Positions 39,185 to 46,327 of a stretch of DNA of 64,000 nucleotides are shown here, piece after piece. The DNA is from an uncultured Atopobium sp. (GTDB lineage: Bacteria > Actinomycetota > Coriobacteriia > Coriobacteriales > Atopobiaceae). Location of the stretch: positions 66,493 through 130,492 of the forward strand of contig CALKTD010000009.1 of assembly GCA_937997345.1 (NCBI GenBank). The letters run 5' to 3'. How positions within the stretch are numbered: position 1 is the first letter of the stretch; each line of letters begins with the position of its first letter. The position numbers were made by a program, and so were the translations under genes. The notes under the pieces were generated by a model that was not told the origin of the DNA, made no database searches, and saw only the letters and a list, made by a program, of their open reading frames with translations.

Positions 39185-39535
39185 TTTACGGAAAATTTAC
39201 AAACTAGCTGGTAAAATGCTGTATCAATTTAGACATATGTCCTTTTAGGATTTTCACACCACACCTATATCGGATAATCTGCAATTTTTGTCCCTGAGAG
39301 CACACCTATGGTTGATATTCTGCAGTTTTAGAGAGAAATAACACACCTATGCCGGAAAATATGTTAACTATCGACAGATTATCCGACTTTACTGTGGTCG
39401 GGCTTCTCGATACATGCAGATTATCTGACGTAGGTGTTGTCAGGGAATTGAGTGGGGTTATCTGCGACAGATTATCTTACATAGGTGTGTTGGAAGGATC
39501 AAATCAGAACCACATTTAATAGAATATCCGTCTTT
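39185..39535. repeat. Nested inverted array of a ~25-bp unit (consensus about CACACCTAT-N2-3-CGGATAATCTGCA)
   Basis: Forward copies at 39261-39283, 39301-39324 and 39341-39365, plus a core-only copy CGGAAAAT at 39189-39196. Reverse copies at 39371-39387, 39415-39437 and 39465-39489, plus a core-only copy AATATCCG at 39523-30. The inter-unit spacers also share TCCCTGA. Confidence 0.7.
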
Positions 39536-39582
39536 ATAGTGCTTGCACGTTGTTTAACTGTCGTGGGTTGACGGTTTAGCGA

Positions 39583-39617
39583 TAAAAACAAGAGGACCGA
39601 TTTTCTCGGCCCTCTTG
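39583..39617 (-). terminator. Intrinsic terminator of the galM-galK-galT operon
   Basis: On the minus strand: CAAGAGGGCCGA-gaaaa-TCGGTCCTCTTG followed by TTTTTAT. Confidence 0.85.
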
Positions 39618-39762
39618 CTGGGTGATTTTACGATTGCGAGATATTCTGTAGCTCGCGGAACTACGTGTATCGCGGGTGCTGTTACTCGTGGAATGCATGA
39701 GTAGCTCGTTGTGCGCGCGTCTCGCTGTGAGCTGCGCGCGAACCTGTGGATGGCGGTAGCAG

Positions 39763-41400
39763 CTACAGAGACTCGAGGAAGCGATGCTGAGCTGCTCGTC
39801 CTTCTTCATCCCACTTGAATACACCGGCGTCCTCTAAAACGTGCGAGAAGACAATGCCAACCTCGTCATAGATGTACTTCTTAAGCTGCTCGGATGAGAG
39901 GGAAGAGATGTCCTTCTTCGAAGCGGCATCCTTGTTAGAATCGTCTCCTTGTTCAAGCAGCTTGGCGTAGATTTGACGCGCCCAATCAGCGTGAGAGATG
40001 GTGGTGGAATCCGTGGTCAGCTGTCCGTAGACTGCGTTAGCTTTCTTGCCATTTGCCAGGCACTGCTCCATAACAGACTGAACTTTGTTGAGCTCCGGCA
40101 CAAGACGAGGCGGAAGCACGGCAAGTCCCATGACCTCGATGAGGCCGATATTCTCTTTCTTGATGTGGTGATACTCGGCATGTGGATGGAAGATGCCAAG
40201 CGGATGCTTTTCGCTGGTAACATTGCAGCGCAGCGCAAGAAAGACCTCGTAAGTCTCATCTTCAAGCTTGCGAACAACAGGGGTAACCGTGTTGTGGGGC
40301 TCGCCGTTAGTTTCTGTATAAACAGAGACGGTTTCGTCGGTATAGCTGCGCCATGCGGTGATGATAAACTCTGCAGCTTTGAGTGCTTCTTCTCGGCTAG
40401 TAGAGGAGAGGCGAAGAACGGAGAGTGGCCACTTGAGAATTGCACCCGCTACCTCGGGGAACTGCTTGAGTTCAAACTCTTCCGCAACTTCTGCGCGCAT
40501 CATAGGGAACTCGTAACGTCCGCCCTGGTAGTGATCATGCGAGAGGATCGATCCACCCACAATAGGTAAATCGGCATTTGAGCCAATGAAGTAGTGGGGG
40601 AACCTGTCCACAAAGTCAAAGAGGTTGACCAGCGCCTCGTGATCAATGTGCATAGGAATGTGATCCGAGTTCATGGCAATGCAGTGCTCGTTGAAATACG
40701 CATACGGACTGTACTGGAATCCCCAACGATGCTGATTGAGCTCAATGGGGATGATGCGCAGGTTCTGCCTGGCAGGATGAGCGCCTGCACCAGACGAAGC
40801 GCTGCGTCCAGAATAGCCCTCATTATCAAGGCAGAGCTGGCATGCGGGGTACTTCTCTCCAGAAGTGTTTTGAGCCGTTTTAGCTGCGGCAATCTCACGA
40901 GGATCTTTTTCTGGCTTGGAGAGGTTGATGGTAATCTCTAAGTCTCCCCAGGTAGTTGGGGTAGTCCACGTAATATTCCTAGCGATGGCGCTTCTTCTGA
41001 CATAGCCCGCGTCGCAGCAGAGCGTGTAGAACCAGTCAGTTGCAGCGCGAGGTCCCTCAGAAGCGTACAGCTCATTGAAATGGTGTGCGACCTCGGAAGG
41101 CTTTGGCAGCAGAAGACCCATAATGCGCATGGCAAAAGAGTCTTCGCCGCTCTGGGTGTTCTCGGCAAGACCATGAGCAACAGCTAAGCGAGCAAGCTCG
41201 GCAAGTGTCTGGTCAAGATCAAACGACTCCAGGTCAATCTTCTCCCAAGGCTTAACGGGAGCAGGCCCCTCGTACGAAAGCATGTCCAACAGCGCGTTAT
41301 AGCACCAGGTCAGATCCTCAGTTTGAATAAGTCCGCGCTTGCATGCATACGCGACAAGCTGCTGAATGCAGAGCGCGCTTTCATTGTCCGCTACAGCCAT
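39763..41400 (-). CDS. galT: Galactose-1-phosphate uridylyltransferase (long, Gram-positive type-2 GalT)
   Basis: The ~545-aa GalT family-2 architecture has a SILSHDHYQGG active-site region. It lies in an operon with galK and galM. The ATG at 41400 (MAVADNE, AGGGAG RBS) is preferred over the TTG at 41409. Confidence 0.92.
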   Translation of the reverse strand: MAVADNESALCIQQLVAYACKRGLIQTEDLTWCYNALLDMLSYEGPAPVKPWEKIDLESFDLDQTLAELARLAVAHGLAENTQSGEDSFAMRIMGLLLPKPSEVAHHFNELYASEGPRAATDWFYTLCCDAGYVRRSAIARNITWTTPTTWGDLEITINLSKPEKDPREIAAAKTAQNTSGEKYPACQLCLDNEGYSGRSASSGAGAHPARQNLRIIPIELNQHRWGFQYSPYAYFNEHCIAMNSDHIPMHIDHEALVNLFDFVDRFPHYFIGSNADLPIVGGSILSHDHYQGGRYEFPMMRAEVAEEFELKQFPEVAGAILKWPLSVLRLSSTSREEALKAAEFIITAWRSYTDETVSVYTETNGEPHNTVTPVVRKLEDETYEVFLALRCNVTSEKHPLGIFHPHAEYHHIKKENIGLIEVMGLAVLPPRLVPELNKVQSVMEQCLANGKKANAVYGQLTTDSTTISHADWARQIYAKLLEQGDDSNKDAASKKDISSLSSEQLKKYIYDEVGIVFSHVLEDAGVFKWDEEGRAAQHRFLESL

Positions 41401-42602
41401 TGTGCGCAAGCTCCCTGGTCAGAGATGGCGTAGTGGCGGCATGCACCTTCGCCAAACCACTGATTCATCTGTGCAATGAAGGTTTCGACAAGGGCGAGAG
41501 GAACAAAGCACTGGATTGAGCCGCCAAAACCGCCGCCATGAATGCGAACGGCGCCAGAACCTTTTAAGATGCTCTCGGCCAAACCGAGGGCAAGCATGGC
41601 TGGCTGATACGAGCCAGAAGTAGAGACATTCTGCAGGTACATACCAGAACTTGCTCCGGAGGCATTGGTGAGCGCAATAAAGGACCCAATATCAGAGTTC
41701 TGGAGGTCTGCCCAACGCTTGTCTACCAGGTCATTTTCATACCAGTAGTGAATTGCGCGGAGAAGAGCGCGATCTCCAAGCTCTTCTCGCAGCTCATTAA
41801 CACGAGCCTGGAAGTCTTCAACGGGAACCTCAGAGAGACGAGTCTTGCCAAAGGTTGCTGCAACTTTCTGCATCTCAACAGGGACAGCGGCGTACTCATC
41901 AGTGAAGGCAACGTGGTCGCAGCCAACATCAACAAGGCAGAGAGCGTAGCCGTAATCCTCAAAGTTAAGGTCTAGCTTTTCTGCCTTAGGTTCTGCAGGA
42001 TCTTCAAAGTTCATGAAGGCAAGGCCGCCAAGGCAAACAGCAAGCTGATCCATAAGGCCGCAAGGCTTACCGAAGTAAACGTTTTCTGTGTTTTGGCTCA
42101 TCTGAGCAAGCTTAACAGCAGAAATCTCGCTGCCACCTTTCCAGAGCGCTTCCATTGCACGACCTGCTGCAGCCTCAAAAGCAGCAGAGGAAGAAAGTCC
42201 ACCGCCACCAGGTACGTCGCTCACAACTGCCATGTCAAAACCTGTTGGCTCAAAGCCAAGTTTGACCAGGTTTGCAGCCATGCCGCGAACAATGGCCTTA
42301 GTAGTAAGGAACTCATCCTCTGAAGGCTCTAGGTTTTTGTAATCTACCTCAAAAGGATCGTATCCAATGCTGGCAACACGAATAACGCCCAGGTTATTAG
42401 GTGCGCAAATAGCGTCAATAGCAACATCTAGGGCGCCGGCAATAACATGACCACCCTCGTGATCAGTGTGATTACCAGCAATCTCGGAGCGACCAGGCGC
42501 ATGTACTGCAAGATAGCGGTCAGCTTTTCCGAACATTTGCTCAAAGTGCTCTTTTGCGCGATTGAGCTGAGCTGTGGTTTTCTCGTCAAACGTGTGAGCC
42601 AT
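41391..42602 (-). CDS. galK: Galactokinase
   Basis: Galactokinase signature PGRSEIAGNHTDHEGG and GHMP ATP motif PGGGGLSSSAAFEAA. Confidence 0.95.
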   Translation of the reverse strand: MAHTFDEKTTAQLNRAKEHFEQMFGKADRYLAVHAPGRSEIAGNHTDHEGGHVIAGALDVAIDAICAPNNLGVIRVASIGYDPFEVDYKNLEPSEDEFLTTKAIVRGMAANLVKLGFEPTGFDMAVVSDVPGGGGLSSSAAFEAAAGRAMEALWKGGSEISAVKLAQMSQNTENVYFGKPCGLMDQLAVCLGGLAFMNFEDPAEPKAEKLDLNFEDYGYALCLVDVGCDHVAFTDEYAAVPVEMQKVAATFGKTRLSEVPVEDFQARVNELREELGDRALLRAIHYWYENDLVDKRWADLQNSDIGSFIALTNASGASSGMYLQNVSTSGSYQPAMLALGLAESILKGSGAVRIHGGGFGGSIQCFVPLALVETFIAQMNQWFGEGACRHYAISDQGACAQWL

Positions 42603-42640
42603 GGTAATCCTTTCCCTTTAGTGCTGTGAAGCCAGGTATC

Positions 42641-43699
42641 TTAAAAGAATCGATAAACAATCTGTAAGCTGTATGGCTGCTCAGGCGTGCACGTGGGCTG
42701 AGGCCACTCTGCATGGTGAGCACAGTCTGGATAAAACTCACTCTCAAATGCAAAACCAGCCTGAGGCTTATAGATAGCACCGTCTTTTGCCCTCGCCTCA
42801 TCAAGCCAGTTACCGGTATAGAGATGGGCACCGGGTGCGGTAATTTGAATCTCAAGCGAGCGTCCGCTTTCTGAAGTGGCGAGAAGAGCGGGGCGCATCT
42901 GGCCTTTTTCATAGTTGTTAATGGCAAAGCAGTGATCATAGCCACGAGCAATGTTGAGCTGCTCGTTTTCAACACCAAGATCTTTTCCAATGGCCTTAGG
43001 TGTACGGAAATCAAAGGGAGTTCCTGCAACAGGATCTATGCTTCCTGCGGAAACCGAGTCTTCTCGTAGAGGGAGATACGAATCTGCATGAATGGTCAGA
43101 CTATGACCGCAGACATCTCCAGAATCATGACCATTAAGGTTGAAGTATACGTGGTTAGTCATGTTTACAAATGTTGCAGCATCGGTTGTGCAGGTATACG
43201 TAAGATTTACCGTTGATTGCGCGCTCTCTTCAACAAGCTTATAGGTTGCGGTAATGTGGCGGTTTCCTGGTAGTCCATATTCTCCATCTACCAAGTCAAT
43301 GCTGAAGGTTACCGTATTTTGAGCTTCATCAATTTCTGCCTGCCAAATGCGCTTATGGATACCAGTAACCAGATCAGTATGCAGGTTATTTTGGTTGTCT
43401 GGACCGTTGTTTTTAGGAAGATGATAGATAACACCATTAAGTGGAATCTCTGCTTTATCTGCGCGGTTAGCGGAAGGTCCAATGGAGGCACCAAAGCAGG
43501 CGGGGTTATCTAAATACAGGTCAAATAGGCTATATCCAAGAACTACATCTGCCTGCGTCCCATAAACATCTGGAACTGAAACACCCAGAATGGTGGCACC
43601 AAAATTGCTTAATTTAATTGATGAATGGGCGCCGCGAATTGTATACGTAAGCGCAGCAGGGGAGTTAACAAAGCTATCAAAGGGTCGAACATTAATCAT
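42641..43699 (-). CDS. galM: Aldose 1-epimerase (galactose mutarotase)
   Basis: Mutarotase-family motifs (NGPDNQNNLHT, NMTNHVYFNLNGH, YDHCF, FESEFYPD). The ATG at 43699 has GGAGG 6 nt upstream; the ORF-track start is 43720. Confidence 0.9.
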   Translation of the reverse strand: MINVRPFDSFVNSPAALTYTIRGAHSSIKLSNFGATILGVSVPDVYGTQADVVLGYSLFDLYLDNPACFGASIGPSANRADKAEIPLNGVIYHLPKNNGPDNQNNLHTDLVTGIHKRIWQAEIDEAQNTVTFSIDLVDGEYGLPGNRHITATYKLVEESAQSTVNLTYTCTTDAATFVNMTNHVYFNLNGHDSGDVCGHSLTIHADSYLPLREDSVSAGSIDPVAGTPFDFRTPKAIGKDLGVENEQLNIARGYDHCFAINNYEKGQMRPALLATSESGRSLEIQITAPGAHLYTGNWLDEARAKDGAIYKPQAGFAFESEFYPDCAHHAEWPQPTCTPEQPYSLQIVYRFF

Positions 43700-43742
43700 C
43701 GGATACCTCCGAGATACCATTCATAGTGCATTACACATACTA

Positions 43743-43757
43743 TGTTAACGTACTCAT
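43743..43757 (-). promoter_or_regulatory. Candidate GalR-type operator in the galM promoter region
   Basis: TGTTAACGTACTCAT, identical to the site at 34351-34365. It lies 44-58 nt upstream of the galM start. Confidence 0.5.
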
Positions 43758-43929
43758 AACGAATTAACAGGAAATTATTAAGTTTTCAGTCAGTGGTATC
43801 TTTGCGGGGGCAAACGGTTAGAGCGCAGGTCAAAAGTCCTTCTCGCCGAACGGTAATTTTTTTACCGTGAGCGTTTAATTTGCTGCTATATATGCAATTT
43901 TATCGCGTTATGTGAATCTGCCTGTTAGT

Positions 43930-43944
43930 ATGAGTACGTAAACA
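43930..43944 (+). promoter_or_regulatory. Candidate GalR-type operator upstream of the regulator gene (autoregulation)
   Basis: ATGAGTACGTAAACA is the reverse complement of TGTTTACGTACTCAT. It lies 22-36 nt upstream of the GTG at 43966. Confidence 0.5.
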
Positions 43945-43965
43945 AGCAGATAATCGGAGGAATTT

Positions 43966-44994
43966 GTGACTCGCTCGCATAGTTCTAGCTCAAATAAACG
44001 CTCTGTTTCAATGGCTGATGTTGCGCAAGCCGCTGGTGTTTCTCAGCAGACCGTTTCTCGTGTTGCTAATGGTGCTCAAAACGTGAGCAAGGCAACGCGT
44101 GAAAAAGTCCAGGCCGCAATGGAGTCCATGGGCTTTAGGCCAAGCTTTGCAGGCAGGTCGTTAAGGTCTGGCTCGTATCAATCGGTGGGACTCTGTCTGT
44201 ACGACATTCGTGAGTTTGGTAACTTGGCAACCCTCGATGGCATTGTCTCTGCTGCTCGTGAGCATGAATATGCAATTACGATGATTGAGAAAGGCTCTGA
44301 CGACGGCCTCTGCCTGCAGGACATTTCTCATCGTATGTCTAATCTTCCTGTTGACGGCATGATTATCAGCATGAGCCTTATGGCGTCAGACTTTGAATCA
44401 TTTGTACCGCAACCAGGCCTTGGAACAGTGCTTCTTACTATGCACGAGCATCCTTACTGCACCACTGTTGACTCAGATCAGTACGGCTGCTCAAAGCTTG
44501 TCATTGATCACCTTTATGAGCTTGGTCATCACAAAATCCGTTTTGTAGCAGGCCCTTCATACTCTATTGACTCGCAATTTCGCGAGAAGGGCTGGCGAGA
44601 TGCCATGTCTGAGTATGGGCTAGAAATTGTTGAGCCTTTAGCTGGCGATTGGACCGCCAATAGTGGCTATGAAATTGGTAAAAAACTGCGAGAAACTCGT
44701 GATTTTACTGCAGTTTATGCAGCAAACGACCAGATGGCGCTAGGTATCATTGCGGCATTTGAAGAAGTGGGACTGAGCGTACCGGAAGACGTGAGCGTTG
44801 TTGGTGTTGACGACTCTCTTGAAGACTATTTGCCTAACTTCTCATTAACCACAGTTTGCTTTAACCTACTAGAGCGCGGACGTGTTGCACTTGAGCATGC
44901 AATTCGTGCATCTGAGCCTGGATATGAACCCGAAGCAATCAGAATTGCTCCAAAGCTCATTGTTCGTACTACCACAGCAGCACCACAGAAGTAG
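43966..44994 (+). CDS. LacI-family transcriptional regulator (GalR-like)
   Basis: N-terminal HTH VSMADVAQAAGVSQQTVSRVANG and a periplasmic-binding-fold effector domain. GGAGG RBS and GTG start. It is divergent from the gal operon. Confidence 0.87.
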   Translation: MTRSHSSSSNKRSVSMADVAQAAGVSQQTVSRVANGAQNVSKATREKVQAAMESMGFRPSFAGRSLRSGSYQSVGLCLYDIREFGNLATLDGIVSAAREHEYAITMIEKGSDDGLCLQDISHRMSNLPVDGMIISMSLMASDFESFVPQPGLGTVLLTMHEHPYCTTVDSDQYGCSKLVIDHLYELGHHKIRFVAGPSYSIDSQFREKGWRDAMSEYGLEIVEPLAGDWTANSGYEIGKKLRETRDFTAVYAANDQMALGIIAAFEEVGLSVPEDVSVVGVDDSLEDYLPNFSLTTVCFNLLERGRVALEHAIRASEPGYEPEAIRIAPKLIVRTTTAAPQK

Positions 44995-45070
44995 GGAAGT
45001 CTCTTAAAAAGTCGGGTTTCTCGCCATAATCAGCTATACTGTTCAGGCAATAGTTGATTAGAGGAGTTGT

Positions 45071-46174
45071 ATGTCTGAGTCACCAAATAAAGAGTTAGGC
45101 TGGTCAGTTCAGGTTTTCTTGGATACGCACGAGATTCGTGCAGGAGAGACTGTAACTGCTACTCCTAAGATTATTGGTGCAGACCCTGAGGGTTTCAGAT
45201 TCAACTATGTGTGGAGCTTGTATGATCGTTGGGACGAGGGCTTTTGGGATACCACGGAGCACCAGTTTGGTGGTTCAATTACAGACACTTCGTGGACATT
45301 TACGTTTACCGAGCCTGGTCGCTACCATCTTTATATTGATGCATTTGACAGTCTTAATAATCCTCAGACGGTTACTGCTTGGGTAGTAGTTGCAGGTGAT
45401 GACGATTTTATGCGTCCATCACTTCCTTCTGAAGATGCAGAAACTGTTGTTGCGGTAAATGGTGTTTCGGAGATTTTTAATATTGCTTCGGAGCAGTTTA
45501 ACTCGCTGAAAGAGTACTTTATTGCCTTTGCACGCGGCGAGGTTGCTTTTAAGGAGTTCAAGGCCCTTGATGACATCTCGTTTGAAGTAAAGCGTGGCGA
45601 GGCTTTTGGCCTGGTGGGCACCAACGGCTCTGGCAAGTCTACCATGCTCAAAATCATTGCGGGCGTACTTGAGCCTTCTAAGGGAACTTGTGAGGTCAAG
45701 GGTACTATTGCGCCTCTTATTGAGCTTGGTGCTGGCTTTGACATGGAACTGACTGCTAAAGAGAATATCTATCTCAATGGCGCTCTTCTTGGTTACAAGA
45801 AGGAGTTTATTGACTCGCACTTTGACCAGATTGTAGAGTTTGCTGAACTTGAGGGCTTTATGGACATGCCACTCAAGAACTACTCCTCTGGTATGGTGGC
45901 ACGTATTGCCTTTGCAATTGCAACCGTTACAGAGCCTGACCTGCTCATTGTTGATGAGACACTCTCGGTAGGAGACTTCCTCTTCCAGCAAAAGTGCGAG
46001 AACCGCATCAAAGAGCTGGTTGCTTCTAATAATGTTACGGTTCTTCTGGTTTCTCACTCCATTGACCTGGTCCAGCGCATTTGTGACCGTGCCATTTGGA
46101 TTGAGAAGGGCAAGCAGCGCATGCTTGGTCCTGTAGATGAAGTTTGTGAAGCTTACGAGCACCTCAAGAGATAA
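45071..46174 (+). CDS. Wzt/TagH-type polysaccharide-export ABC ATPase with an N-terminal ~130-aa beta-sandwich-like domain
   Basis: The NBD has GTNGSGKSTMLKIIAG, LIELGAGF, YSSGMVARIAFAIA, LIVDETLSVGD and SHS. The N-terminal domain has alternating beta-strand patterns (GETVTATPKIIG...WTFTFTEPGRYHLYIDAFD...TAWVVV). There is no TM segment. Confidence 0.85.
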   Translation: MSESPNKELGWSVQVFLDTHEIRAGETVTATPKIIGADPEGFRFNYVWSLYDRWDEGFWDTTEHQFGGSITDTSWTFTFTEPGRYHLYIDAFDSLNNPQTVTAWVVVAGDDDFMRPSLPSEDAETVVAVNGVSEIFNIASEQFNSLKEYFIAFARGEVAFKEFKALDDISFEVKRGEAFGLVGTNGSGKSTMLKIIAGVLEPSKGTCEVKGTIAPLIELGAGFDMELTAKENIYLNGALLGYKKEFIDSHFDQIVEFAELEGFMDMPLKNYSSGMVARIAFAIATVTEPDLLIVDETLSVGDFLFQQKCENRIKELVASNNVTVLLVSHSIDLVQRICDRAIWIEKGKQRMLGPVDEVCEAYEHLKR

Positions 46175-46235
46175 TTAAAATTCCTAACCAAAAGTTAGGG
46201 TCTGTACGAGTACAATATGTGTGTCTTTAAATGTG

Positions 46236-46316
46236 GTACGAGATACCCGTAAGGCTCATAGTCATAGTTTTGCCTTTTGGATACCTTGTGCCTGGTCAGG
46301 TGAGGTATCTTTTTTA
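46236..46316 (+). promoter_or_regulatory. pyr leader: candidate PyrR-binding hairpin plus intrinsic terminator (attenuator)
   Basis: GAGATACCCGTAAGGCTC (46240-46257) resembles the PyrR-binding loop ..UCCAGAGAGGCU. The terminator is GATACCT-(tgtgCCTGgtCAGGtg)-AGGTATC followed by TTTTTT (46280-46316). A GATACC at 46243-46248 offers an alternative pairing. Confidence 0.55.
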
Positions 46317-46327
46317 TTGGAGGCGCT

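Larger units (their letters stand above)
38986..39744. repeat. Dyad-symmetric ~760-bp intergenic module (outer GC-rich inverted repeats, mirrored terminators, inner repeat array)
   Basis: Outer pair: GGTTCCCGCGGCGCGCAGCGCTCGCAGC (38986-39013) matches the reverse complement of 39724-39744 (GGTTCGCGCGCAGCTCACAGC). Second pair: GCGCATACACAGGACCGCGAGG (39064-39085) matches the reverse complement of 39651-39673 (GCGATACACGTAGTTCCGCGAGC). The midpoint, 39365, coincides with GTTAAC at 39363-39368. Confidence 0.55.

Noticed and set aside
39026-39214. A 62-aa ORF in the mgl 3'UTR, an 82-aa minus-strand ORF at 39576-39824, and a 103-aa minus-strand ORF at 34240-34551.
   Set aside because: These run across intrinsic terminators, the operator or gene ends. 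They lack RBSs and have Arg/Ser-rich nonsense composition.
39341-39371. A dif-like XerD arm (ATATGTTAACT compared with the TTATGTTAAAT consensus) at the centre of the palindromic spacer between convergent operons.
   Set aside because: The adjacent 17 nt do not resemble an XerC arm or an AT-rich 6-bp central region. Gene orientation does not switch globally here, since + strand genes continue on both sides. A terminus dif site is therefore not supported.
39371-39480. DnaA-box-like strings (TTATCCGAC, TTATCTGAC, TTATCTTAC) that might suggest an origin.
   Set aside because: They lack the CACA half of the DnaA box. No dnaA or dnaN gene or AT-rich unwinding element lies nearby. The strings are better explained as the core of the 25-bp repeat unit.
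39185-39535. The repeat cluster as a possible CRISPR array.
   Set aside because: The units are imperfect, occur in both orientations and have homologous, non-unique spacers. There are no cas genes in the window.
34026-46174. A genomic island integrated at tRNA-Asn (the mgl/gal cluster and the orphan ABC ATPase lie downstream of the tRNA).
   Set aside because: There is no integrase, I could find no direct repeat of the tRNA 3' end downstream, and the composition of the sugar genes matches the core genome.
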